A stretch of 64,000 nt of DNA from Eledone cirrhosa (taxonomy: Eukaryota): the NCBI GenBank assembly GCA_964016885.1, contig OZ024745.1, positions 93,248,001-93,312,000 of the forward strand. The letters run 5' to 3'. This document shows, piece after piece, positions 26,225-39,100 of the stretch. The position numbers and the translations under genes are program-made. How positions within the stretch are numbered: the stretch's first letter is position 1; each line of letters begins with the position of its first letter. The notes under the pieces are model-generated. The model searched no databases, was not told the origin of the DNA, and saw only the letters and a program-made list of their open reading frames with translations.

Positions 26225-26826
26225 ATAATGGTTTCTGATTTAGGCACAAGGCCAACAATTTTTTTTGTGGGAGGGGAAAGTTGATTAAATTGACCCCAGT
26301 GTATAACTGGTTCTTTATTTTATCAGCCCTCGTAAGGATGAAAAGTTAACCTGATTTGAACTCAGAATGTAGAGGGTTATAACTCAATACTGTGAAGCAT
26401 GTCCAATCTTTAACCCTCACTATGATAATAATAATTGTTTCTACTTTTGGCACAGGCCAGCAATTACCCAGTGTATTACTGGTACTTTATTTTATCGACC
26501 CCATAAGGATGAAAGGCAAAGTTAACCTCAGTGGGATTTGAGCTCAGAATGGCAAGGGCCGTAACTCTATGCATCAAAGCATGGCGTCCGACCCTCTACC
26601 GATACTGCCAATCCACCGCCCTAATAATAATAATAATAATTGTTTCTACTTTAGGCACAAGGCCAGCAATTATCCAGTGCATTACTGGTACTTTATTTTA
26701 TCGACCCCGTAAGGATGAAAGGCAAAGTCAACCTCGGCGGGATTTGAACTCAGATCGTAAAGGGACGTAACTATGCTGGAAAGCATGGCGTCCGACCCTC
26801 TACCGATACTGCCAATCCACCGCCTT
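26225..26826 (-). mobile_element. Three tandem family A SINEs separated by (TAA)n
   Basis: Copies at ~26225-26400, 26430-26622 and 26640-26826; the last looks young and full-length. Confidence 0.85.
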
Positions 26827-27426
26827 AATAATAATAATAATAATAATAGACTCTTGGTATTTAGTTAAAGCCCTATATGTTTTGAGTTCAAGTCTCACCA
26901 AGGTTAACTTTGGCTTTTATACATCTGGGATTGATTAAATAAAGTACCAATCAATTACTGGGGCTCAATTTTACATCATACCCTGCTGTCTTTAAAAAAA
27001 GGACACATTAGACAGTGTAGTCCAGGATATACAAAAATACAGGATGGTCACGGTGGAATGCTTTCAACCATACGTTTGATTAGGGCTGACCCAGGGTTAA
27101 ACAACAACAGCAACTGAATGGCTTTTACCTACCACTGCAACTCATACAAGATATGAAGGATGCCTCCATGCATCACACAACACACAAGCATCTCCCTCCT
27201 AAACAAGCTAATCCTTTATGCTGTCCCTATCAACATGAAATATCCTCTTTCCCAACACTTCTTAACCATGATGGCTTTGTAAATTACTGCCGCAAAAGCC
27301 TTCTTTTTCTATTTGCTTTGCATTCAACAATACATTGGTAAATTATTTCTAAACCTATTCCTTTCAACTCCATTAGACTTGTTGTCATATACACACATTA
27401 AGTGTAAAGACACCTCCAGTTGCTTG

Positions 27427-27634
27427 GCATTTACATTATATATACTATACTATTATATTTTCATGGTAAAGGCTTTTTCTCTCATAATTACCTCACATAA
27501 TATCAAATCTATGAGATTTTGAAGTTATTTATTTTGAGAACAATACCATAACATCAGTATGAGTGGCCGGTTTGAAGAAAAAGAGGTGAGAGAATTCTGG
27601 CCAGATACAGCTGGTTTAAATGCTAATAGGTTAA
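27427..27634 (-). mobile_element. piggyBac-type MITE
   Basis: Reverse-complement match to 12211-12439. Confidence 0.8.
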
Positions 27635-27850
27635 ACCAAGTTCTTCAGCCCTGATTATCCTCTTGGGTTAGCTCTTACCATTGTGAAACTCTTTAATCTT
27701 TCTTTCTCTATCTACATAGATCTCCCCCAATCTTTGGAAATACCCTACAATACCTCTGACTCTGTCAACTATCAGTCTAGTTCTCTGTCTCTCACATATC
27801 AAAGGTGACTGATACACCTTCTCTGACACATAGAATTCTTCTATCCCCTT

Positions 27851-28037
27851 AATTGTTTTTACTTTTGGCACAAGGTCAGCAATTATCCCAGTGCATTACT
27901 GGTGCTTTATTTTGTTGACCCTGTAAGGATGAAAGACAAAGTTAACATTGGCAGGATTTAAACTCAGAACGTAAAGGGCCATCATTCTATTCTACAAAGC
28001 ATGGTGTCTGACACTCTACCGATACTGACAATCCACC
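27851..28037 (-). mobile_element. SINE family A copy
   Basis: Match to 26640-26826. Confidence 0.8.
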
Positions 28038-29136
28038 TCTCTCTTTAATTAACGGCCACCAAAACAGCTTCTGTAAAGCCAGATCTACTTAAGACTTACA
28101 ACTGAACTCTCAAGATTTGATGTCAAGTTTTGTTGCATTTAATATTGGAGAGTCATTTGAGCATGTCTGGCATGTGAATATCTAAGGCAAACTACCTGCT
28201 TATGAGCTCCATCTGTTTCTCAGCTTTTGGATCAGGGGTTTTGTGTAAGACTGTACCAACACTATATGTGCTGATACAGTGATTTCTAAAACACACTATA
28301 TCAACTTAGCTTCTCCCCAAGGTTTAGTTTTGTAACACACTTTTCCTCCTAAACCCCAACAACCAACTGCCACTCTTAACAACACTAACTTCTATACAGA
28401 TAATACCTTTCACTCTTCCCTAATTTTCCACACATCATGCACAAGTAGCTTCAGCACATTATATCAAAGTTGCACTGGTTTTATGAACAGACTTTGTAAA
28501 CTTATTTTAATGGGTTTAAGACACAATCACTCTGTATATAAAACAAAACAGTATCATACCATCATCATTGTGAACAACATAAAACAACAATACTTAAGGC
28601 TGCTACAAATGCTAGGTTTCATCATAACTGAGGATCCCTCCTGGCTATCTCATATCCTCAACATAGTTAGGACTGCATTACAAAAGTTGTTAGAAATATG
28701 TTTTAGACCTTAACTAACCACTCACAAAGCTGAAGAGGAATCTTCAGTGGAATGTGTTTCTGCCTGTCAGATGGTGTTACTACTTCACATACAGATATCC
28801 TTGACAGCATTCAAGAAGAAAAAGGTCCCTCAGTTGACTGGCACAAAGTCAGTGATTAAGAAGTCCCAAACGCTATCCTACAGACATGCTGTCTCGTAAC
28901 CCTGTCTTTACTATTGCTACTAAAGTAACTTCTACTTCGCTGATCTAGCTGGTCTTGTGCCACCTCCACTCAAGGCTCTCTCGAGTGAAAACTGATAAAA
29001 ATATAAAAGTAAATAACTAAAAACAAAAATTGAAAGACAATTTAGGGCACAGAAAACGTCAGTGCTCACAGTCATAGCCACCACAAGAAAAATCACCTGC
29101 AAATATCAGACACATATTCAACTACCCAGAACACTA

Positions 29137-29417
29137 TGTAGTGTGGAAATACCTCAACAGACTAAGATCTGCTGTTGGACGTGCAAAAATCCATCTTGCT
29201 AAATGGAGATATTTAAAGGATGAGGACAGTGTGTGTGATGGCGGTATCGAACCACAGACTACGCAACACCTCCTGATATGCCCCCTGCTGGAACACTTCT
29301 GCACAGCATTGGACTTGGCAGAATTTAATGAGAAAGGATAACAATGTGTTCAGCTGTGGCAGAACCACATCTAGCCCAGCTCTGTAACTGACACGCTTGT
29401 GGACAAGATAAGAAGAC
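29137..29417 (+). mobile_element. Ingi/Vingi-like LINE 3' fragment
   Basis: WKYLNRLRSAVGR...LAKW...CDGG..QTTQHLLICP C-terminal CCHC-type motif; ends GGACAAGATAAGAAGA. Confidence 0.6.
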
Positions 29418-30224
29418 TACAACAATATCCTAAAAACATTATCTGTTCTACTCAACCTAAATAAACATTAAAAAAAAAGGATTCGCAGCATGTCCAAACT
29501 TGGATACTGCACTCCTCCATAACGATTCGTCAGTATGGTCTTCCATTAGGCAGAGACATTGCATGATTTGGAAAATAGATTTGTGCCACACCTAGTTGTT
29601 CGATGGACTACTTATATATCATAGAATTACTCGATCTGAGCTGACGTAGAGTTACACAACAACTGACTCACACCGAGTCAAAGATGGAACCACTACACAG
29701 TCAATTGACTTGCAAGGAAAAGCAAACATATCTCCCACAAATCAACATTCTGTCGCCTTTAAAACTGATACATTATTTGTGATCCAAGATAATTTAAGTC
29801 TAAATAAAAGACGGTGTGGTCACGGATGGAAAGCCTTTGATCATAGATCTGTCCAATGTGTTAAGAACAAACTCTGCTTAGAGCCAACGACGGAATTTCA
29901 ATGTGATCGCTCGATTTTATAATGGCTTAATCAGAGGAGTGACCATGACGTTTTACAGGGTCCCCAACACTTATAGGGAAAGAAAGGAAGAAATCTCAAC
30001 TTATGGGGTTGCTGCTGTCGAAAGCAGCACATCAAGGCATTAAGTTATCCGCAGATCAAATCCGAATGCTTACAAAGAGCGGTGAATTGATCAATTAATG
30101 ACATGAAAGAACTAGGTGGTGGTGTTAAACCCTGCGGCATATTAATCGAAATAGCAGCCAAATCTGGATAACGTATTCGAGTTAGAAGTGATAACTATTT
30201 TTTCCCAGACTGTGACGTTCGAGA

Positions 30225-30370
30225 CGAAGTTCGTGTCATCGTTGGCAGCTTGCCTTATCGACGTGTCAGGTGATGCCCGCGAGGGTGCTTGGTTGTTTCA
30301 GTGCCCTAGCCTCGCCATCACCCGTGGTAATGCAGCCAGTGTGTTGGCTTGCCTCAAACATTTCTGTTAA
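30225..30370 (+). mobile_element. CRE-clade (RLE-type) retrotransposon C-terminal fragment
   Basis: LIDVSGDAREGAWLFQCPSLAITRGNAASVLA fits the CRE C-terminal pattern TGD.RE..FL.QRLS.A.QRGNA.SVL. Confidence 0.6.
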
Positions 30371-31747
30371 CCTTTGTGTACTGATATGTGACCAATTGCC
30401 GCACTTGGTAGTGAATTGATGGTCTTTCTTTTTCTTTCGCTTTGATTATATATTTTAGTGCGTTATATTTGTAAGGTTCCTAGAAATAATTAATTATATT
30501 TATTATGTGTTTATATTTTCAGTCTGAAAGAATTGTAAACAATATGTAATGTTATGTATACAATTGTGAAGAAGTAATTAACTTAAGGACCAGACATGTT
30601 AACTCTTCTGTAAAGAAACATTAAAAATAATAAAACCCACTGTTAGTTATCTCCCCTGTAGTGGCAGCCATAATTTAAACAAATGAAATATTTCTTAAGG
30701 TAACAACAATCAATTGTGTGTTTCTTCATCCTACCAACATATATATTATCGAAGTTTCCAGATATTTCGTAAATATATATTTACATCTATTATTATTATT
30801 TAAGAAATCAATAACCATTAGACCAGTCCTAATTCTGCTATCTTACAAACCTTGTAATTTTAGTAATTCCCTACCTTCGTACGACTTTTATGATGAAATC
30901 TGACACCCATTTTTCTATTTTCAAATCATATTTTTATCTTTAGTTTCTGAAAGAAAACTTGTACAAAAATGTATCAAGTTACTATTAATTATTTCATTTA
31001 CACATGTTTACTGTTTGACTTTCGACCGACAGAAGTGTGTTAAAACATATATAAGTGTTTTGTTTCTTTCCTGTTTGATGTTCTTTAGTTTTGACTATTC
31101 CAGACACCAAAATAAACAACGCAATCTATTTCAGAGACCGGTGTCTATGGCAAATTTCCTCCTTGTAAAACGCGACCGGTATTGAGGAAAAGATGTCTTG
31201 TTTACCATAATAGGATGCGTTACAGATCATATACCTCTCTAACATTTTTATTTTAAAAAAGAAAAAATGCTCGGGGGTTTATAATCTGCATTAAAAAAAA
31301 AAAAAAAATTCTGGTAAAAACCCAAGTCAAATAAGTAAAGAAATCGGAAATAACTTTTTCCGAGAAATTTAATGTAATTGTTCCTATAGTACTTTCACTT
31401 TCTTTCATATAACGAAATTGGATCAATTTAGAAAATACCGATTACAAATACATAAAAATATATTTTTTGTTTCAGCATGTTTGACAGAAACTACAAAATA
31501 CAGAGCATAGGTATCAGCAATATGGTAAAAAATAAAAGGTGTAAATAGGCCCAAATGGTTCCTAATTTAGGCACAACACCAGCAATTTTGGGGGAAGAGT
31601 AAAATCAATTATATTGACCTCAGTACTTGACTGGTATTTTATTTTATGGACCCCAGAATAACGAAAGGCAAAGTTAACCTCGGCTGGATTTCAACTCCGT
31701 GAGAACATTATATATACATGTATACGAGACTATATATATGTTTATTA

Positions 31748-31940
31748 TATGAAAAGAGTCCAGGACCCGACTGCTGAACTCCGGCCGTTTCAACAGCTAG
31801 ATACGGATCAAGGCGTCGAAACGGCCGGAGCTCAGCCGTTGGGGTTGACTCTTTTCATATTACCCACTCTACTACCCTAAGTATTGAGTACTCTGGTGCG
31901 TTATGGTCCACCTGGTATCTTACCACACCCTCTTTGTTAT
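31748..31940 (+). mobile_element. Penelope-like foldback remnant in (TA)n
   Basis: Inverted arms atatgaaaagagtc..gctgaactccggccgtttc / gaaacggccggagctcagc..gactcttttcatat; then GTATTGAGTAC motif. Confidence 0.5.
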
Positions 31941-32342
31941 ATATTTATTATGAAGGGTCGATAAAATAAAGTGCCAGTAATGCACTGGGTAATTGCTGGC
32001 CTTGTGCCTAAAGTAGAAACAATTATAAAGATTACAATAAATATATTGTATATGGGTCCATATACGCCATTATTCTAAACCACGGTGTGTTGGTGTTATC
32101 ATTATTTGGCGATAGTTTTATTTCGTATCATATTGTATGTTTATCTTTACAATGGCCTTGTCTACCTATGAGTATATTGCGATAAAGTTTGAAATGATGT
32201 ATCTCATTTCACATGCACAGGTCAAATATTCATCAAGTAAAAACATTGTAAAGAAAGATGTGAAAGAGTACTATACTAATGCTTTCATTATTTTTCTCGG
32301 GTATCTTGTGGCCAATAAAGAAATCATTATTTTTCTCAGGTA

Positions 32343-32895
32343 ACCCGCCGAGGTTAACTTTGCCTTTCATCCTTACGGGGTCGAAAAAATAAAGTACCAG
32401 TAATGTACTGGTGTATTGCTGGCCTTGTGCCAAAAGTAGAAACAATTATTTTTCTCAGGTATCGGTGGATTGGCAGTATCTGTAGAGGGTCGGACGCCAT
32501 GCTTTGACGCATAGTTACGGCCCTTGCCATTCTAAGTTCAAATCCCGCCGAGGTTAACTTTGCCTTTCATCCTTACGGGGTCGATAAAATAAAGTACCAG
32601 TAATGCACTGGATAATTGTTGGCCTTGTGCCAAAAAGTAGAAACAATTATTTTTCTCAAGTATTCTACAATAGGGCCCAAAACTCTTACCAAACAAATAT
32701 AATTTAAGAATGGCATCATCTGCATCATCTGGTAGAGCGTCAGACACCATGCTTTGCAACATAGAGTTATGGCCCTTTACGTTCAAATCCCACTGAGGGT
32801 AGCTGTGCCTTTCATCCTTATGTGGTCGATAAAATAAAGCACAAGTAATGCACTGGATTAATTGCTGGCCTTGTGCCAAAAGTAGAAACAGTTAT
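32343..32895 (+). mobile_element. Head-to-tail cluster of three family A SINEs
   Basis: Units at 32343-32450 (5'-truncated), 32462-32650 and 32722-32895; the first two are followed by attatttttctca(g/a)gta, also present before the first unit. Confidence 0.85.
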
Positions 32896-34227
32896 TTTTA
32901 CTTTCCTTTTTCTATGTTAACATGGCTTGGACAACACTTTTGCAGGCAGTATTCTACAGCCGGACGCCTGGATGTTTTTTTTTCTAAAGTAAGATACTGA
33001 TCTTTGCACCACTTATATTTATGCTGAAGTAAACCAAATGTTACTGCTAGTGGTGTCATTATACAGTGTGAAGCAGACCTGCCAGCCTCTAAAAACCCAA
33101 ACGAGCAGTACCATGAAAAAAGTGTCCCCAAACAGGGAGAAATGAGGCAAAATGGAGAGATTTTACATAATGAAAGCTATACCCATTTTCACAAGAGAAG
33201 ACCTCTCTCATCCACCCCAAAGTGGGTGGGAGATCTCCCTGTCGGACGGGGAGAGTTGACAAATGAAAAAGATATATGGCTCTTTCTCTCTCTATATATA
33301 TACATAAATCTTATTCATTTGGTTTATATATATATAGATGAATGATTGTCCATATCAGAATAAAAGAGAACCTTAATTAAAAAAGGTACTCAATACATTG
33401 GTAGAGGAAGTATATATTTCGTTTACAAGCTGGGCTGGGTGTCTTGTCATCGCAACCAGCACTGTGGGAGAGCAAGCAATGTGTCAGTGGGTGGAGGTGA
33501 ATGTGTGGTTAATGTATGTACTCTCAGGCTTGAATAATTATCCACCCCCGCTTATTAAATTTTGCAAATCTATTTCCGGCAAAAATTTACTTGTAAGTGA
33601 TTCATATTGATACAGTAGCTAGAGAATCTAATAATTATTTTATTCTACATTAAAAAGAACATTACAAGAAATCCCTTATTTACGAATGCACACTATATAA
33701 TTAACCCCCCCCCTCCCGCTTATAAGAATTTAAGCAAATGTCCTCCCTCCTCCCTTATTATTTTGGACCCGAGAAAATATAAAGAGAACAATATTCTATT
33801 TTCATTTCCTAAACCATAAACATGAAGGTAAATGCCTGTAAGTTGATTAACAGAAGAAATATGATTTGGAAAAAATATGTTCATTTGGCCAACTTATTTG
33901 AACACATCTATTCATGTCGACATGAATGAAGCTTTACTAGTTCCACAATATTGTAAAAATAATAGCCTGCTCTGTTTTCTTTTTGCTGGCTTCTTCTTCC
34001 ATGGAATCCTGTCAGAAGCAACCAACTCCAATCGATCCGGCTGGATCTCCAAACGAGACCAGCCAAGCTCATGGATGTTATCCAACCATCTTGCTTAAAT
34101 TTTGCTAATGAAATACACACTGCATGTGTGTTGCAATTAATATTGATAGTAATTAGATTTGGAGGAATTTAATAAAATAAATAAGTTTTTCATTAGTAAC
34201 TTATAAACTGATATTTAGAACATTAAC

Positions 34228-34452
34228 TTAACCCTTTAGTATTTAAACCTCTTTCTGTTCAAACTGGGTGTAACCAGCCACTCATACTGATATTAATGTA
34301 TTAAAAGTGGACGTAAAATGATGATGATGTTCTAAAAATAAATAACATCAAAATCTCATAAATTCGATATTGTGTGTGATAATTATGTAAGATAAAGTCT
34401 ACCACAATAATATAAAAGTAAATGTTGAGTAATGTAAATGCTAAAGGGTTAA
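34228..34452 (+). mobile_element. piggyBac-type MITE
   Basis: TTAA-CCCTTTAG ... GCTAAAGGG-TTAA. Confidence 0.85.
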
Positions 34453-34736
34453 GAAACATTTCTAAAATAAAACCAAGATGGAAGGTTTTAATATATAGAT
34501 AAACATTTTAAAACAGACTGTTTTGTATCATAAACCCTGGGCAATTTCTGTCAGTTTTGTATCAAAAGGTTGAAGTACCTGCTAATTTAATCAACTATAC
34601 CTTTCTTTGGCTAGTGGTATGGGGTAGGGAATCTTTATTTGTAGTAATGTTTGAAATAACTATTATTATTTTTTTTATTTGATTGTTTTTCTCTATTTAT
34701 TTCTAGTTTCGTTTTGGATGAATTGACTCTTCAAAG

Positions 34737-35193
34737 ATGGATAGGAGAAACCGAGGTTCCATCTTTATTTTATTACAATTACTTAATCATCTGATGCATC
34801 TTGGTGGTTTTTCTGTCATACCACCAGTCACATTATTTGTTACCTTAGCAAATGTCGCTGTACATTTTGAGAACTTCTTTATGCCTGTCTCTGTGTTCCC
34901 AACAGTAGAAACTGCTTGTATCAGTGTTTATCATGTATGGACCCACTTGCAATGGAAGCGTATCATTTATGGAGCATTTTTCCACCTTGACGATCTGCAT
35001 CTTTATTATAACATGATTTCTTTCCTCTCGAAAGGTATCCGACTTGAAAAAAAGATATCATCACAACACTTTGGATTTTTATTAGCATTTTGTACCATAT
35101 TTTCTGGTGTTGTTCTTATTGCACTAAATATTATGATGATAACATTAACTAATGATACATCTTATGAACTTACTTGTGCTGTTGGTTTCTCTG
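34737..35193 (+). CDS. RHBDD1: Rhomboid protease RHBDD1/RHBDL4, coding exon 1
   Basis: IPPVTL, WKR loop motif, HLDDLHLYYNM, CAVGFS (catalytic Ser); acceptor ttctag at 34706 (so an upstream non-coding exon exists); donor G|gtgagt. Confidence 0.93.
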
Positions 35194-35779
35194 GTGAGTT
35201 ACAATTGAATTCATTTACACATACAATCCTGCACTCATGATATTAATGCAATTATCCTATAACCATAATGAACATCGTATACTATTTCCTCTTTAGAGTG
35301 TGAAGAACTCTGTGGGAAAATTTTGGAGGTCACAAATTGCTATTTCTTTTCTCTAATAATTCCTACTTACTTATGATATTATGTCTGTGTTGAAGATCAT
35401 ATAATATATTATCATAACTTAAAAAAACAAAACAAGAGATTCATCACTACCATCATCATCATGATTTAATATTCATTTTTAGATGCTGGTATGGGTTGAA
35501 TGGGTTATTACAGACCAATTCTGCACTTAATTGGAGTTACTCTCCTCCCAGATGGTAACACAGATGTTGGAATGTTGCCTTGGAAATATTTAATAGTTCT
35601 TATATTTCAGGATAAAATCCCTTCATCAAAAACATAGAGGAAACTAAGAGCAGGCTCTTATGTTCTTATGCTGCCATTTTGAATCTCATTTAATGTCTCA
35701 TTTATATTGCTGTAGGCTTCTAATAAAACACACTATTTTCTACACTTTACACAAGGTTTCAAACAAACTGTGACACCCT

Positions 35780-35821
<42 letters not shown>

Positions 35822-35831
35822 TGAATGTACG

Positions 35832-36262
35832 TATAGTATATTTAATAATATACTCTATGTTTATTTAAAAAAGCATTTTGAAGGCCATTCGCTATGCATT
35901 TTAAAGTAGTGACTAATGGCACATACCTAAAGTAGTGACTCTCTGCGCCGAGAGTTGTAGAAGCTGGATTCTTGTAGAATTCCAGTTATGTTTATGAGCT
36001 GATTTGCTTTTGCCGGGACTAAGTATGTGCCATTAGTCACTACTTTAAAATTCATAGCGTAAGGCCTTCAAAATGTTTTTTTACATAAACATACAGTGTA
36101 TTATTAAATATACTATATCATCAGGAGGCTTCCTGATGATTTCTCCCAAATGAAACAGTTCTAGTCCTGTAGAAACCTTTTCTATATTAAATATTTATAC
36201 TCTGCTTTGTATTGAGTACCTTACTTACTGTGGTTACCCCCGATTGAACCCGGGATAAACTT
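35832..36262 (+). mobile_element. Penelope-like foldback element with hammerhead motif in a RHBDD1 intron
   Basis: ~100-bp inverted arms (35832-35930 / 36020-36119), hammerhead 36126-36178, GTATTGAGTAC motif, flanked by (TA)n. Confidence 0.6.
36126..36178 (+). ncRNA. Type I hammerhead ribozyme motif
   Basis: AGGCTTC-CTGATGA-stem II (weak)-GAAA-CAG/ttctagtc/CTG-TA-GAAACCT; one mismatch in stem I. Confidence 0.6.
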
Positions 36263-36340
36263 ATATATATATATACATCATTGTTTTAACGTCTGCTTTT
36301 CCACGTTTGCATGGGTTATATATCCATATTTTTTTTACAG

Positions 36341-36487
36341 CTGTGATATTTGCCATTAAAGTTATACTTAATTGCATGAATCCACCAGAAAATACCTCAT
36401 ATGGAGGATTTCTTATTCCTTATCAGTACATCCATTGGTTAGAGGTTGTTATGATTCAGCTCATAGTTCCACAAGCTTCATTCTTAG
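36341..36487 (+). CDS. RHBDD1: RHBDD1 coding exon 2
   Basis: ttttacag|CT ... TTA G|gtaatt; (A)VIFAIKV...WLEVVMIQLIVPQASFL; 147 nt keeps phase 1. Confidence 0.92.
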
Positions 36488-36959
36488 GTAATTATTTATT
36501 CTTTTATTCTTTTACTGGGATTTTAGTTAAAAGTATTCAAAGAAAATTGAACAAATGATGTTAGAATTTATGTCTAAGAAGTAATTTTATTTGAAGTATA
36601 CACATTGTGGTAAAGGTCGGATTGAAGTCTTTTTATTGATTTCTTTGTTTCATGTCATTAGTTATATTTTGAACTGGATTAAAAGTAAAACTATTTTGGG
36701 GGAATATATATATATATATATATATATAAAAAAAAACAAGAAGTGTAAGTCAACAGGTTAAAATTAACTTTGTTTATTCATATTTGCTGTTATATATATT
36801 TTTGTGATAACCATTATGCAACAGCTATGACCTCATCAGACAGCTAGAATTTGAACAGAAAAACATAACGATGGAATAAAGCTTCTGTTATTTGTGCTGT
36901 TTTCTCAAAGCACTGGTCACATATTAAAATTTAAATGACACCAAAGATTAAAATACTTT

Positions 36960-37012
36960 TAAACTGACAGCCGTTTCTGCCTGTGTGTAATAAGAGGTTT
37001 CATCAGAGTTTA
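36960..37012 (-). ncRNA. Minimal type I hammerhead motif inside a foldback (36918-37110)
   Basis: Minus strand TAAACT-CTGATGA-aaCCT..AGGca-GAAA-CGGCTG-TC-AGTTTA. Confidence 0.6.
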
Positions 37013-37311
37013 TTAAAATGTTTACTATTAACTCACAGTGAATTACACAGGCAGAAATGGCTGTCAGTTTAAAAAGGTTTTAATCTTTAGTGTCATTTAA
37101 ATTTTAATGTACAACAGCTCTGCATGACCCCTACTGCATCAAGCTACAGATCTATTATAACTATAATATTAATACTAATATTATATATATATATATATAT
37201 ACACACATGGAAAAGATGTAGCATGTGTGAAGAAGAAAAATGTATGTTTTATATGTGTATTTATTTTATCAAAATATATTTATGGTTGATAAAATTCTAC
37301 TTAAATTTCAG

Positions 37312-37392
37312 GTCATATATCTGGAATCATTGTTGGTCTGATATACTGTAAAACTCCTTTGAAAGATATTTTCAGCAAAATATTTCCACCAG
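37312..37392 (+). CDS. RHBDD1: RHBDD1 coding exon 3 (catalytic His)
   Basis: tttcag|GT CAT...CCA G|gtaaag; GHISGIIVGLIYCKTPLK matches rhomboid TM6 GHxxGxxxG; 81 nt. Confidence 0.92.
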
Positions 37393-38277
37393 GTAAAGTA
37401 TATTTTGTAATGATATTGTGCAGGGGACATATATAGGAGAGTCACTTTATATTACAATGTATTTTTTTTGCAAGGTTTTTGATATGAAATCGTGTGTTGA
37501 AACAGATAGTGTTATATTTGGGGAGGGTCATGTTGTTCTAATATTGCCAGAAAAATATAGTAAAACACACTCACTGTTTGGTTTGATTTTCGCTTCAGTA
37601 AATTTTTATATTTCTATAAATAATTCAGCTGGCAATCAATATTTATCATTGATTGACCAATAGTTAAAAAATATAAATATAGTTTCTCATAGTTCTTTCA
37701 TCATACATATCTGTGACATCATCAGTGATGTTTCTATGTTTCCTCCCGCTGTATTCCTGTAATGTTTTCTTATTCTATTTTAGTTATTGTTATCTCTGTT
37801 TGTGTGCATACATATTTCAGCCTACACCAAAGTGACTTCCCTTCTTCCATATTGACATCTAACTAATGTTAGATTTGTGCTGACCAATCAGAATAACACA
37901 TTCTACCCACCAATTAGTTTGTTGTTTTATGTCTTCAACTAAAATAGTTGACTGATAAATTCAAACATGGCTCAATAACTGATGGAATTAAGTTTCAGCC
38001 AGTTTGGGCTCTGGCTGACTGAATGAAATTATTTCATTCTGTTAATTACCACTAATAAACACCAAAAGATATGGAAGAAGTGACTACAGTACTGAACTAG
38101 TACATATTTTTTATCAACTTCAAAATAAGACAATGAGATATACTTAGCCCATGTGTTTGGAAGAGGGAAATGAAAAAAACATAGAAATATAGAAAATGCA
38201 ATGTTAATGTGTATTTAATACTGTGTTTATATTATTATATCTACAGTGTGTTAAAAGTATTATTATATTCCTATTAG

Positions 38278-39085
38278 GCGTAGAGGAGGACGAACTGGCC
38301 AGTCTGTTCGGTAGGACCTTCCGCCCGGGACCAATGGACAACTCCCAAAACACCCTGGCCTGGCAGTGCTACCGAGGAGCTCTACCAGTTCGAGACAAGC
38401 TCTACAGACACGGGCGCCCGGGTAGGGACCCTTCGAAAAAGATCTGTCCGAGATGCGTGCGCCACAAGGAAACCATCGCACACGCATTTGTACACTGCCC
38501 GGGCGTTACCGACCTGTGGGGCTATGTAGAACGACTATTGTCGCGGGTGGGACTAATCCAGTTGACCACCGAGTCCATTGTCATGATCAAACTGCCACCC
38601 TCCTTCAAAAACGAAGGAGAGGCGGTTTTCCGATGTGTTATGGCTATGGTGAAAGAGGTTATATGGTGGACGAGGTTAAAAGGGCTGAGGTCAGACACCT
38701 TTCTTTCCGGCGAGCAACTGATTCGTTTTTTCAAATATCATTTTGGAAGAAGAATCAGGATGGAGAGAGAGGTGCTGTACCCCAGCAAATTTTATAAAAG
38801 GTGGTTGAATGTGGCAAAGATGGCCTGAGTGGTTGGGCCTTCTCTCTATATAAGTTGAGGAAAGAGAGGAAGGGAGTACTCACTCTTGGTGCTCCTGGAG
38901 ATGAGGGTTGTACATTTTTTTGGGGTGTGTACAACCCCTGTGTAACACCTCCCCCCTATTGGGGATTTCAATTGTTATTTGTTATTGTATTAATAGTTTT
39001 ATTTTCATATACCTGTATGTAAACTCCCCATTTGTATTTGTCCCCTTCTTTTGTGCCCTTGTGGCTAATAAAGAAATTTATCTTA
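38278..39085 (+). mobile_element. L1/Tx1-clade LINE 3' fragment (zf-RVT domain)
   Basis: LAWQCYRGALPVRDKL...CPRC...ETIAHAFVHCP..LW; 3' end cccttgtggctaataaagaaatt also seen at ~10510 and, with two mismatches, ~32305. Confidence 0.8.
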
Positions 39086-39100
39086 TGTAAAGTAAGCATA

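Noticed and set aside
31020-31200. CpG-containing patch as RHBDD1 promoter or first exon
   Set aside because: Plausible position, but no convincing donor or core motifs to support it.
38223-38828. 201-aa ORF as a RHBDD1 exon or host gene
   Set aside because: It is the zf-RVT end of an L1/Tx1 LINE inside the intron.
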